Positions 13,101 to 26,396 of a stretch of 64,000 bases of DNA are shown here, one piece after another. The notes under the pieces were generated by a model that saw only the letters and a list, made by a program, of their open reading frames with translations, was not told the origin of the DNA and made no database searches. Within the stretch, counting starts at the first letter, position 1. Each line of letters starts with the position of its first letter. A program made the translations under genes and the position numbers. Source of the stretch: Octopus sinensis (lineage: Eukaryota); contig NC_042997.1 of assembly GCF_006345805.1 (NCBI RefSeq), positions 35,030,001 through 35,094,000 of the forward strand. Direction: 5' to 3'.

Positions 13101-14070
13101 TATAGCACAAAAATAGATATCATCAAAAATAAAATCCTGTGCGAAATATAATATAGATAAACTACCGACGTGTGTTTATGTACCAAATCAGGCATGATAA
13201 AATTAAATCAAAACAAGCAACTTTAATGTAATAATCGACATTAATTTCAACTAATTCAATTTTCCTAGGAGAGGGTGTATAGCCGACTGTGCAATCCTGA
13301 GTACAATAAAAGCCAAAATCAAATGTGGTGGGTTTTTTTAATTACATTGTGTAGAAAAACGAAATTGATTTATGTGTAAACCTCGCGTTGTTCTAATAAA
13401 ATTTATCTATTATAATATAAATGAAATGATTTCTTACACTAATTTGCTTTTTCAAACTTTAAGAAGAGCAATTCCAACAGATTGCAGGCTAAGGGAGGAA
13501 ATCCATGGACAGACTGTATTACTGTAAGTGCACATCAGATACTATATATAAAATGAACCGAAAAATAAATTGAAACGTTGTTCAATGCCACCTCAAGGCC
13601 ACCATAAAGTTTCACTCATTATACAGGAAATAGTATTGATTTAAGTAGGAGACGTGATGACGGGGAGGTTAATACTGTTATCCCATAAGGATAGTATTAA
13701 TAATTATGGTATTCTTTTTGTTATCGATAATTTTAATAATAACAATGTCTTTCTCTTTAGATGCTACAAGTACCGGACATTTTGATACACAGTAATTTGA
13801 TATTTCATTACTGGTAAGCTATCTTACCTTTTCTGATATTAGAATTCGCTCACCTTCTGTAGTGCAAAACAAATTGGCTTACATGTATCCATAGATTATG
13901 AACTTGACAGGAATAAGCTAAAGTAAATCGCATTAAGCAGTTGGTAGACTATTGGAAAACTATCTCTAAAATACTAACGTAGTTTATTGGATGTTGTGTA
14001 TAGTCTATAATGGGAAATAGTAAATTATAACATCTCAGTACGAAGTAATATTATACAATGTCCTAAAGCT

Positions 14071-14250
14071 GTGAGCTGGCAGAATAAGATAACACGTCTT
14101 TACGTTCTGAGATCAAACCCGCCAACTTTGACTTTGCCTTTCATCCTTTCGGGTTCGATGAAATACGTAGCAGTTGAGCAATAAGGTCGATGTAATCGAC
14201 TTACTCCTTTCTCAAATAATCAACCCTTGTGCCTATAATAGAAAGACTAT
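14071..14250 (+). mobile_element. SINE family B, degenerate
   Basis: GTGAGCTGGCAGAA head; TACGTTCTGAGATCAAA; GCCTTTCATCCTTTCGGG; GGTCGATGTAATCGACT. Confidence 0.75.
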
Positions 14251-14583
14251 TATACAAATATATTTGCATACCCGTTCCATAAAAAAAACCCCTAAATTGA
14301 CGGGAATAAGCCGATCATCTAGTTCTACATGAATGCTTATGAAAATGTTGGTTGTATATCGATTGGATGACGCAGTCTTTGTTCACCAACATCACACTGA
14401 TCGTAGACTATAGTGTCATTGAAATGTCTAGTGAGATATTTTGAACTGACAGAGCGTCCAAGTATTCATTTCATCCTATGTTTCTTACTCTTAAGCTGGT
14501 AAATAATAAGTATTTAATTTGGTATAAACAAAGATTTAGATAGATAGACTAGATAAATAAGTTATATAGTTAGATAGATAGTT

Positions 14584-14634
<51 letters not shown>

Positions 14635-15534
14635 GTCGTCTCTTTATGAATGATTTGAAACATAGATTGAAAATGGTTTTTGATTTGAAAATCTATTCAG
14701 TATTAGCAAGCAAATTATGAAGGATATTAAGATGCTTTCCAGAGAAAAGAAATGCAAGACCGTCACTAAACGGTGAAGGGCACAGACAAATAATCTTTAT
14801 GGAGGGAACATTGTATGGGATTTAGGAATCTCCACTTTCTTAATTACTTGGGACATTCATAAAAGTAAAACTCTGTGAAAGCTGTGTCGATAAGAAAGAA
14901 TAACAGTTGGGAGTGAATAAATTGACTTGCTCATTGTGTGGTTAATGATAGGTACGGACGTATAGTGTAGCTAAATAAAAAGGGCAAAATGTACAAGGAT
15001 AAATATATTTCGTCAGCTATATTCTTGCAAGTCATTATGATTTAAGCATTTGCAAAAAAATTGGCATCGCAGTAAAGGACTATGAAAAAAAAAAAAAGAT
15101 GCCTTAGAGTCACAGGCTGGAGTCATAAGACTGGCATGAAAATCACAAACAGATTCGGAGTATTAAAAAAGAAAATATCCTCCACTATCAGTCGGGAACA
15201 AACAGTAAGGTTACTAGCTTAAATCAGAAAAGACTTCCGTATATAAACAAGATGCGTATAGAGAAATATTGGAGGGGTGTGGCCAGTGTGAAGCTCATGA
15301 GACAAAAGACCAATGAAAAAAGAAAATCAGCTGGAACTAGTTGAATGAAAGGGAGAAAGATAGAATGAGAGAGAAAGAGAGACAGAGAGAAAGCGAGGAC
15401 GATAGAGTGAAGGTGAGTGTGCGTTGCCAAAATAGAATAGAAGAGACTGTCACTGGGAGAAGAAAACTTCGTTTCGATGAAAGTTATGACTGCTAACTGC
15501 AAATGAAATACACCCACACGCACGTATATACACA

Positions 15535-16333
<799 letters not shown>

Positions 16334-16639
16334 TATACACGCAGGTACACGTAATTCTATTTGCTGCGCTGTAATCTACATTACTTCTACATGTTATGGT
16401 TTTGCAATACCATAAAATGCACGAGAGGTTACGTTAAAACCAACATATATTTTTGTACGGGGATTTAGTTACTAGATTAAGGTGGCCGTTTTATTATTAT
16501 TTGTACCGATTTCTTCTGAATAGCTATGTTATCCGTATGTGTGTGATTCATTCATATGGATAGCTGAATCTTCTTACAGAGAACCCATTTTGTGACTGAG
16601 CTTAACTTACAGTTCTATATTTAAGAGAGGAGGAATTAT

Positions 16640-16790
16640 GTACATTATTTACATTATTTACATTATTTACGTGTGAGGGATGTTTGTTCTCGTCTAGTTT
16701 GTTGTTAACACAACGTTTCGGTTGATATGCCCTCCAAGCCTTCATCAAGTGGTTTGGGGAAATTTCGAACTTGCGTTCTCACTCCTAAGG
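16640..16790 (-). mobile_element. Penelope-like terminal-repeat relic with a degenerate hammerhead motif and (TACATTATT)n
   Basis: Minus strand: ACCAC-TTGATGA-A-GGCTTGG...CAACC-GAAA-CG-TT-GTGTT. Hammerhead layout with a C3>U change; adjacent 9-mer tandem repeat. Confidence 0.55.
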
Positions 16791-16937
16791 TGTGTGTACA
16801 TGCGCGTACACACACACACACATATGCGCATACCCATACGCGCACAGTTATATTCAAATACACGTACACGCGCGCACACGCACACACACATGTGCACGTA
16901 CCATACGCGCATAGTTATATTCCAATGCACGTCTAAA

Positions 16938-16940
16938 ATA

Positions 16941-16994
<54 letters not shown>

Positions 16995-17007
16995 TATATT
17001 TACATAC

Positions 17008-17065
<58 letters not shown>

Positions 17066-17076
17066 TATACATACAC

Positions 17077-17120
<44 letters not shown>
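16938..17120. repeat. (TA)n microsatellite
   Basis: Directly visible. Confidence 0.95.
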
Positions 17121-17121
<1 letters not shown>

Positions 17122-17280
17122 CGCAGCTATAAGCGGTGTAACTTTTATTCTTAACATACATGCTTGCAGCACGCGCAATCACAGTTAGTGTCGGCTAAAT
17201 ATTATACGTGTGTGTGAGTGTATGAGTGTGTATGTGTAAATGTGCGTGTATGTGTGCGCGTGCTGTTTACGTATAATATC

Positions 17281-17512
17281 TTATTTCTTTATTGCCACAA
17301 GGGGCTAAACATAGAGGGGACAAATAAGGACAAACAAAGGGATTACGTCGATTACATCGATCCCAGTACGTAAATGGTACTTAATTTATCGACCCCCGAA
17401 AGGATGAAAAGCAAAGTCGACCTTGGCGGAATTTGAACTCAGAACGTAGCAGCAGACGAAATACCGATGAGCATTTCGCCCGGCGCGCTAACGTTTCTGC
17501 CAGCTCACCACC
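17281..17512 (-). mobile_element. SINE family B, full length
   Basis: Reverse complement GGTGGTGAGCTGGCAGAAACGTTAGC...GAGTTCAAATTCC (B box)...CTTTCATCCTTTCGGGG...CCCCTTGTGGCAATAAAGAAATAA; matches 24995-25227 and 29825-30036. Confidence 0.9.
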
Positions 17513-17589
17513 TTATATGTATAATATCTTGTTGCATATCTTGTTTTAATGCGCCCAGTTGTCGCAAAAGAGTACAACAGGGGTCGCCA

Positions 17590-17724
17590 CCACCACCTGC
17601 CGGAACCTCGTGGAGCTTTAGGTGATTTCACTCAATAAACACACACAACGCCCGGTCTGGGAATCGAAACCGCGATCCTCCGACCGCGAGTCCGCTACCC
17701 TAACCGCTGAGCCATTGCGCCTCC
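17590..17724 (-). mobile_element. SINE family C head (tRNA-derived)
   Basis: Reverse complement GGAGGCGCAATGGCTCAGCGGTTAGGG (A box)...GGTTTCGATTCCC (B box)...CACCTAAAGCTCCACGAGG. Confidence 0.8.
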
Positions 17725-19025
17725 TGTTGCATATTTACTGCCGGTAAAATCGAATTCTACATAATGTTTTTTTCCATTATATTTTCATATTCTTGTGAAC
17801 CCATTCTATTTTTGTTTGCAATAAAATGTCGTGCATTAGTAATTCAAAATTTCATGTGACTTTATACTATAAATTTTGTACTGAAACATTATTAATACAT
17901 CAGCCAATATTTTATGTATTTGATATACTATTAAGTCTTTACAAACTCAGTGTGTTCCACAATATTGCCTTTAATACCGAGGTTGTTGCAAAATTGAAAT
18001 TGTACAAACCATAAATCATCACATAGTATTACCAAAGCTCTCAATCGAATGTACACTGTATATTTCATAGGTATATAATTTAATTTTCTTCCATTTCTTG
18101 CTGCTATTGCCATTTTAAAAATTAATTTCTTTACATTTTTGTTTCTCGTCACCACGTAAAATGTATCTCAATAGCATATCTGGTATGCCTTTTTAATTAC
18201 AAACACGCGTTATGTTAACATAACTGAATATTTCCGTGACTTTTTATTTTTTATCTCCAGCTATAGAAACAGCGAAATGTCATTTTCTGAAAAATCTAAT
18301 GTTACAGTATGATAAAAAAGTAAAATCCAATTTTAATGTATTTTATACACTTATTCTGCTTTTATTTTCCTACATGAACATTTGAGTCTGAAATATAGGT
18401 TCAATTTATTTAGACATCAGTTTGCATTAAGTTATTTTAAATCGAATTTCTGTTCCAAGTTTCTTATTCGCTAGCTATGTTGTTGTAAACATGCTAAATG
18501 TAACCCCGAAAGTATGTTGACCTACATCTTATTTGTACAAAGTTTTGAATGAAATGTCTTATATATATGTTGTATCTAATTCTTTAAAAGGGATCGTTTC
18601 TAATGTTGTATGTAGCAGAAGCGTTGAATTACCCGACCTAAATATACTCAACTCTTTTTCTTATACGCCAACTGTTAAACTTGAAATATTGTTATCGTAG
18701 ATTTGTCACATGTCGATCCCGATCTAGTAGACATGAACAAATTTTTTGAGCACTAATTACCTGCCCTTTCTTGTAGGTAATTTGTGCCACATTCACATTG
18801 CTAACCAGCCTTCGTTTATCAAGAGCGATTTGCACGAAAAGTGACAACATCTATGTTGTATCGTGGAAACTGAGGCGCTACCTTGATGGTTCCAGAGGCT
18901 ACATCATCAGTAATGTGTAAGAAAATCTAGTTATAAAGTGTCTAGCTGTATCGGATTAACGAAATTTCATAGGTCCTCTAAAGTTCAAATCAAAGTTAAA
19001 GGAAATGAGCATCAATGTGGTTTGT

Positions 19026-19332
19026 GGAGGCACATGGGTTAGTGGTTACAGCAGTGGACTCGTGGTCGAGGGATCACGGGTTCGAATCTCAGACTGGGCG
19101 ACGTGTGTGTTTATGAGCAAAATACCTAAGCTCCACACGGCTGCGGCAGAAGATAATGGCGAACTTCTGCTGACTCTTTCGCCACAACTTTCTCTCACTC
19201 TTTCCTCCTGCATTTTGCAGCTCACCTGCGACGGACCGGTGTCCCGTCCAGGTGGGGAACCTATACGCCAAGGAAACCGGGAAAACGGCCCTTATGAGCC
19301 AGGCGTGGTTCGAGAAGGAACAAACAAAAAAA
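19026..19332 (+). mobile_element. SINE family C (tail type 1), full length, with degenerate ~14-bp TSD
   Basis: Aligns end to end with 32465-32759; A box TGGGTTAGTGG, B box GGTTCGAATC; flanks ATCAATGTGGTTTG / ATTAATGTGGTGTG. Confidence 0.9.
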
Positions 19333-19799
19333 ATTAATGTGGTGTGAAAATAACTTTGGAACTGCAGTGGCTGTGATAGGCATGAACTTCTATGTTGTTA
19401 CCTGTGTTTCATGAACGAGCAACATAACTTAAGGAGTATATATATAATGTATAGATATGCTTTAAGTACCGCTCCGTATATTGAAAAATTTACAGTCGCT
19501 TCACCCAATTGACCATACACATCTGCATCTGAAATAATCTGCTTCGTCTCAGCAATTATCCATACACTTGTCTCCATGTTCGACGGCATGATGATGATTA
19601 TCCCCTTATGGCAGCACTTATTTCTTTGCTTCCCTTGCTACATTATGTACATGGGATTTGTTCATGAATGTGTTCCACATTTATTCTGAGGAAATGTGTA
19701 AACGTAGTTTTTCAAGGTAAGTCTTTACTATAGCAGGAATTTGCTCAACATAATCTTAATTCGATTTCCTTCGTCCCCCAATTTCCGCCTCCCCATAAG

Positions 19800-19843
19800 A
19801 TTTTAGCGTCCTAAACTATATATATAGTTTAGGACGCTAAAAT
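19800..19843. repeat. Perfect 44-bp palindrome centred on (TA)n
   Basis: ATTTTAGCGTCCTAAACTATATATATAGTTTAGGACGCTAAAAT equals its own reverse complement (checked base by base). Confidence 0.95.
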
Positions 19844-20069
19844 TTTAGATTATTTTACATTTTCTGCGCTTATGACAAAATTTCTACCCAGTATCAGCCG
19901 CTTATACTTTTGATGTAACTATGATAGTTGTTAGCCACAGTCAGTCCTGATCCTCATCGAATTGACTTACCACTGTTTTCTACTGTTTTCCCATCGAAAT
20001 GTCATTATCCAGAGTGCCCCTTCTTCTTTTATATATATATATATATATTATATATATATAAATATATAT

Positions 20070-20210
20070 GGAGGCCCAATGACCCTGTGGTTAGGGCAGT
20101 GGACTTGCAGTTGGAGGATCACGGTTTCGATTCCCAGACTGGGCATTGTGCGTGTTTATTGGGCGAAAACACCTAAAAGCTTCACGAGGCTCCGGCGGTG
20201 CATCTGCATG
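20070..20210 (+). mobile_element. SINE family C head
   Basis: GGAGGCCCAATGACCCTGTGGTTAGGGCAG...GGTTTCGATTCCCAGACTGGGC...CACCTAAAAGCTTCACGAGG. Confidence 0.8.
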
Positions 20211-20278
20211 GCCGCAGCTCTGAGTTGAAACTTAAAATATATATATATGTGTGTGTGTATGTGTGTACATATATACAT

Positions 20279-20338
<60 letters not shown>

Positions 20339-20639
20339 CGCACATACATATATAGATGAGTATGTATATATGTTTCTCTGCATGTGAGCGCGTACGTTTA
20401 TGTATGTATGTGTGTGTGAAGTAACTGAGGGACCCTTTTATACAACGTCGTAATGTTTTCCGACTAAAACTTGACTTTATTATGCAGAGAGTTACTATAA
20501 ACAACATGACTGGAAACGACAACATCAACAACAACACAGCTGAAAATAGAACGAAAGTAACATTGCAAACTGTAAACAGACACTTTATAGCTGTACTTAT
20601 AGAAGAAACCGCAACTACTAAACACATTCTACTTGGAGT

Positions 20640-20830
20640 TATGTACTGGATAATCGTCTATTTAGCTCTTGAATAAGAGCGAAACAAAACCCCGCTGTTA
20701 GACGTAGGAAGCGATTAAAAGCATACTGGGACGATCTCCGTCCAGAACTAAATTTTGTTACTGCGAAACAATTACATTAACAAGCAACATTTATTGACCA
20801 TAGGAAGAAAGTTAGTGAATTTAACTTTAT
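20640..20830 (+). pseudogene. Possible N-terminal (Myb-like) fragment of an RLE non-LTR retrotransposon
   Basis: Reads KPAVRRRKRLKAYWDDLRPELNFVTAKQLH*QATFI, like the N-terminal 'KR.K..WD...PE....T...L..QA' region I recall from RLE elements. Confidence 0.4.
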
Positions 20831-21029
20831 TGAAGAAAGATTTGAAATTACATTTCTTCCAAACAGTATAAACAAATACGCGAAGGCAACTGACCATTGT
20901 TCCTCGACTACTACTATAGTAAATAGTAGGCACAATCGCCCCGATCGTTGTAGTGGTGGTCAGATTTATATATCGGTGAAATACGTTGTTAGTAAATTCT
21001 TTTTCAGATAACACAACTTTGGCTTTGAG

Positions 21030-22900
21030 TAGCCTAGTACCCTCTCGAAGAGAGAGTAATCTCTACCAAAGGAGACAAAAAGATTGAGACACAATATTAA
21101 CAGCTATTAATGAAACTGGATAAGAGTATTTATAGCAATGTAATGAACACTCAGTAATGGCAGATTGACATCTGTCTGTATGCCCTGACTACTACTGCAA
21201 AGCAATACAAGACCGACATTTCAACTTGGAGTAGAAACAACGAAAAGCGTGCCACCGTGAAATTCAAAGATAGAGAAAAAGGTATCTAATTTACGGAAGA
21301 CCATCAGCCATGCGACGACGCTTATTGGTTGCTAAGAAGCAAGTCACAATACGTCTCACAATCAAACAGTGATAGAAGATAGAAATGATGTTTGGAGATA
21401 ACAAAAAGAAAACACTCAATTGAAAACTGATCACCCTCAAGTAGGTTCTAAATGCCATGTGCGAGACACTCCGACATGAGGGGAAAATAACCGAAAGAAA
21501 ATCAAGTAGAAAATTCAACCAGAATGAGAAGAGAAGCAGTAGATATCATAGAAACACCTACACGAGAAGACATATACCTCTTCTGGAGGAAAATCTGGAG
21601 GGAAGAGATGGAAATTAACGGTGCTATTCTGTGCCTGGAAGAAATTTCGAGTAATTCTTGTCCTTGCATTACGCCAACACATAAAGTATCGTAGTGATAC
21701 CCTTGTGATTGTGATTGAATAAAACTCAGGATGGAAAAACACTAGGAAGAGACTTGATTGTTGCATACTGGTACAAGAAACTAACCTTCTACCGGACGTA
21801 TCTTATGAATCTATATCAGCAAGCTCTCAATTGAAATAGTAGCATACCGCTCTAGTTAGCTCTGTCAGAGATGAAACTGATCCCCCAAAGCAGAGTTACC
21901 CACATGGCAAAAATCTACGGTATATCAGAACTTAATGTATAAAATATATACAAAATGTTTAGAGGTCTCCCTTCAAGGCCACTGTGAACATAATAACATC
22001 ATCACAGCAAAAGAAGTAGTTGAGCAGAAGAGAGTGTGGGGAGGTTTCGAGCAATTGTTGATAAACTAAACTGTTATACCAAAGGTGCGGAAGCATATGT
22101 AGATTTTAGTTTCACTTTCGCTGGATTTTCAGAAAGCCTTTGACTCTGTAGAATGTCCTTGCGAAAATTTTTATAAATGTAAGCATAACAGACCAGATAT
22201 AGTGATTTGGATCAGAGTAGTGAAACTATGTACAATAGTTGAAATCTGTTGCCCAGCGGATGTCAACATAAAGCTAAAGGTCAGCAAAAAAGAAAACACC
22301 TACGCTGACCTACTGAATTTTCTACAGCTACTTTGGCTGGTTCAGGTTTACGCCTGTAATCATGATATATGTAACAAACTGCCTAAGCCCCAATCTTGGG
22401 AAATTAGGTTTCTCAAAACCAGAAGAGAGAAAGCTAATTAGAACATTACAGAGTGAAACCATCGATGGGACAGTCATAATCTGTCTAAACATTCCACAAA
22501 TTTTACTTTAAAGTCCAAACATGCAATTGCATGTGTATTAAGAGATGATAAACCTATTTTTTTTACTGTAGTACGAGTTAGTTGTTTGAGACAGATGCTG
22601 ATCAGTTATTGTTAGCGTTGCGAAAATTCGAACTATTTCGTCCAAGTCTGAGGCACGTCTAAAAACTAAAAGTTGAGTCAGTGGCTGTGAAGACGTTGAA
22701 CCGTTGACAATGTACTTCCAAGCTTCTCATTCTGTCAGCTTTAGCTTGAGCCTAGAAGGTTACCTTTGCACTATTTTAGTCATTATGAAAAATGAGCTAA
22801 GTTTTGTTTCATCATCTCTAAGGCAGTATGCCACTTCATTTGGCATTCGTATTTTTAAGCTCTTATGGATCGTTTATCGTTTTTAACCTGTTTGCTGAAA
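21030..22900. pseudogene. Highly decayed RTE-like LINE (RT motifs apparently on both strands)
   Basis: Plus strand LDFQKAFDSV at about 22122-22151; minus strand 22900 to 22450 gives weak matches to RT domains 5-7 and thumb (GLKLKLTE, ...WTLK...). Confidence 0.45.
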
Positions 22901-23240
22901 TTGATGTCTACAGCAAGATTTATATCTACATTATGACATTTGTCTTAATTTGTATTGTATCGTGGGATTGATATCAGCTCCAGTTTGAAAAACATATAAA
23001 TTGTAGTAAGTGCAACTGAATTCATGTCTTACAACTGTTGTTTCTACCAGACTGTTCTCTACATCGTAATGTTTTGCATACACCTTAATCTGTAACTTAC
23101 GTTTGTTCAGCGTTGTTTGGAAACTAATAAAAATTGTATTTCATTTGAACACAGAGCAAACTTATAATATTTATCATTGGGTTTATGTAAAACTGCCGTC
23201 TACATTTCTTGGTACGCTGTCGACTGTGTATTTACTAAAT

Positions 23241-23271
23241 TGGTGACCCCCGACGTGATCTGAACACGCAA
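23241..23271 (-). pseudogene. tRNA-Trp 3'-end fragment including CCA (reverse-transcribed tRNA piece, not a gene)
   Basis: Reverse complement TTGCGTGTTCAGATCACGTCGGGGGTCACCA versus metazoan tRNA-Trp 3' end TTGCGTGTTCAAATCACGTCGGGGTCA+CCA (1 mismatch, 1 extra G). Confidence 0.75.
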
Positions 23272-24994
23272 TGTGAAACCGTCAATCGGACAAGTCAAAA
23301 CCTGTAAAACATTCCACAAATGTTGCTTTCAAGTCTAGACATGCAATTGTATGCATGAGAATACATACATAAATCAAAACACACAAATTTGCACATGCGC
23401 TGACACCAATTATTGCATTTATACACACAAACATGCACAAATATCTTGCTGATGGTTAAAATTTCAATGACGGAGTTTGGATCGAAATTAGAGACTGATT
23501 CTTTCTCGATTTCCAAAAGATCTAGGTATAAAACTGAATAACTAACATACATATACACAAACAAACATACATACATATATCTTTCTCGCTCACAGTATGT
23601 GTATATATGTGTGGGGGTATATATGTGTATATGCATGTACATATTGCCAACGCATAAGCATATATCTCTTCTTTGTAATACTTTATAAGTGGGCTCACAA
23701 AAGAAACGTCTGACCTCAGCGGGTCGAGCAGAGCGAATATGTTTGTGACAACATGCCCATGGCTTTAAGTTTTACGCAAAGCACAGCTTTCTTCTTATTG
23801 ATGTATCTTTATTTAGAGACTTCGAGTTGTAACTCATCTGCCTGAAGTATGCATTCATTAGCTCAGAACATGTGATAGAAGAATTGTGATACACACACAC
23901 ACACACACATGCATATGCATATGTATGTATATATTTATGTATGTGTATATGTGTGTATTGATTGGTGAATTTTCATCTTCGAAAATTACTCAATGTATAA
24001 TTTGTATGTTTTATTGTTGTAAGTTCAATTTTGCTATACCGTTACTCTGTGTTTCACAGTGCCTGTTATTCAAACGGTCCAAGAAGGTAACAAAGTATCA
24101 ATAGTGAATTAAAAATATTCTTAAACGCACTGAAAATTAATCATTTGGATAGGACTGGTTGCTAAACACTGCTAAAAAGAAATCATCACACATTCATCTT
24201 TTTAATTGTCATTCACAGAGCAAGAGATATTCATCTATTCGCATGCAGAACACATGATGGTTTGTCTTTAGTATCATATGTGTGCAACACACGGAAACAA
24301 GGTCAGTGGCTATTGTTTATAAAGTTTTAATTTTGATGAGTATCAAAATCTATATCAATAAGTGACCATCTTCCATGGTAGAGCAAAAGGAATAATTGAA
24401 ACAAAAGCTAGATAGTAGTTGAGAATGTTTCATTATATATTAGTGGCTGTGATATAGTCATAGAATTAAATAATGAGCTAAAATATTTGTACCTCAAAGA
24501 CTATTCTAGAGACTCCCGTATACAGAAACCGAGCATCACCGAAATGACATACTAATACTTTGCCCATATCGCTGAAGAAATTGTATTACAAAGGAGTGCA
24601 TCATTATGAAAGAAATGCTTTATGTTAAAAGTTCAAAATAAATACAAATCGACTTATAATTAAAATTTTTTAGGTAGACACCGAAATTTACTTATTGGTA
24701 AAAACTACACCTAAAGGGAGGAATTGCAGTATATCAATATAAATTACCTAATCTACTCTAAATCCTTAGAGTTTTATTATTTGTGAGAGCATATCTAGCT
24801 TATTCCCTGATCAAGAATTCTTTGACCTTGAGTTCATTATTGCAATGGCGTATTAAAGTACAATGACTTTAATTATAGAGAATACGTACATATAGAAATT
24901 CATTCAAAATACAAAACGAGAAATAAGAAACAAGGCTTAAACTGAATTTTAAAAATGTTTTCTCATTATACTAGAGATACCGTTGTTAAGTTGA

Positions 24995-25409
24995 AGGCGG
25001 CGAGCTGGCAGAACCGTTACCACGCCGGGCGAAATGCGTAGCCGTATTTCGTCTGCCGTTACTTTCTGAGTTCAAATTCCGCCGAATTCGACTTCGCCTT
25101 TCATCATTTCGTGGTTGATAAATTAAGTACCAGTTACGCACTGGGGTCGATGTAATCGACTTAATCCGTTTGTCTGTCCTTGTTTGTCCCCTCTATGTGT
25201 AGCCCCTTGTGGGTAGTAAAGAAATAGGTATTTCATCTGCCGTTACGTTCTGAGTTCAAATTCCACCGAGGTCGACTTTACCTTTCATCCTTTCGGGGTC
25301 GATAAATTAAGTACCAGTTACGCACTGGTGTCGATGTAATCGACTTAATCCGTTTGTCTGTCCTTGTTTATCTCCTCTATGTTTAGCCCCTTGTGGGTAA
25401 TAAAGAAAC
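24995..25409 (+). mobile_element. SINE family B head-to-tail dimer within a perfect 20-bp TSD
   Basis: Full monomer 24995-25227 plus a 5'-truncated monomer 25228-25409; AGATACCGTTGTTAAGTTGA at 24975-24994 and 25410-25429. Confidence 0.92.
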
Positions 25410-26057
25410 AGATACCGTTGTTAAGTTGAGCTACGAATGCACTAGTAAATCTTCTGTTTCAATTGTCGGCATAAACAAGTATAATATCTATGTCTATCAG
25501 TATCTACTGGGTTATTCCAAAATATGAACTCGCTAACTTGGATATCTCATCCCAGGAAAGATGGTCACATTGTAAATCAATTTAAAAAATCCCCAGCAAC
25601 CAACCAAATCAAAACATAATTAGTAAAACAAATTAAGACTTCATATTAGCAATAGCCACTTCTTGTTATTTTACATTTATACATGAAATATTGAAGACGT
25701 GGATATTTTGGGGCGGAATCATTCACACGGGTACATTTTCAAAGAAAAATTTCTGACACTTTCAACAATTAACAGACAACAACAATGAATATGCAACTAT
25801 ATGGAGGGCAGGGAAAGCTCTTTTATATTAAGTTTTACTTTATGATTTATAAGGAATGAACTAGGAATATTTAACTTAATAACTATACGATATATTCAAT
25901 TTTATGTTTATTATTTAACAAATTCATTATTTATCATTGACCTAGAATGGAAAAAAATCAACTAAACTAATTGACTTTTCATTCTTTTTTCATTAGAAAC
26001 AAGTTAACTTGTAGAAATAAACAAAACAACAGTGTGCAAAATATCTAAAATATATAA

Positions 26058-26058
26058 A

Positions 26059-26122
<64 letters not shown>

Positions 26123-26188
26123 CGTGTGTATATATATATATATATATGCTTATATGTATATATATATATATCATATATATATATATAT

Positions 26189-26249
<61 letters not shown>

Positions 26250-26298
26250 CGTGTGTATATATATATATATGCTTATATGTATATATATATACATATAG

Positions 26299-26396
<98 letters not shown>

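Noticed and set aside
16640-16670. CRISPR-like or other spaced repeat arrays
   Set aside because: Only a contiguous 9-mer tandem repeat with no spacers; eukaryotic context; no cas genes anywhere in the window.
17650-17724. tRNA genes at SINE heads (also 19026, 20070, 28474, 32465, 3208)
   Set aside because: A/B boxes are present, but there is no complete acceptor stem and each continues into a shared SINE body.
22900-23271. LTR retrotransposon suggested by the tRNA-Trp PBS-like sequence
   Set aside because: No second LTR, no gag/pol or polypurine tract downstream, and complementarity runs ~30 nt; kept only as an alternative in the finding.
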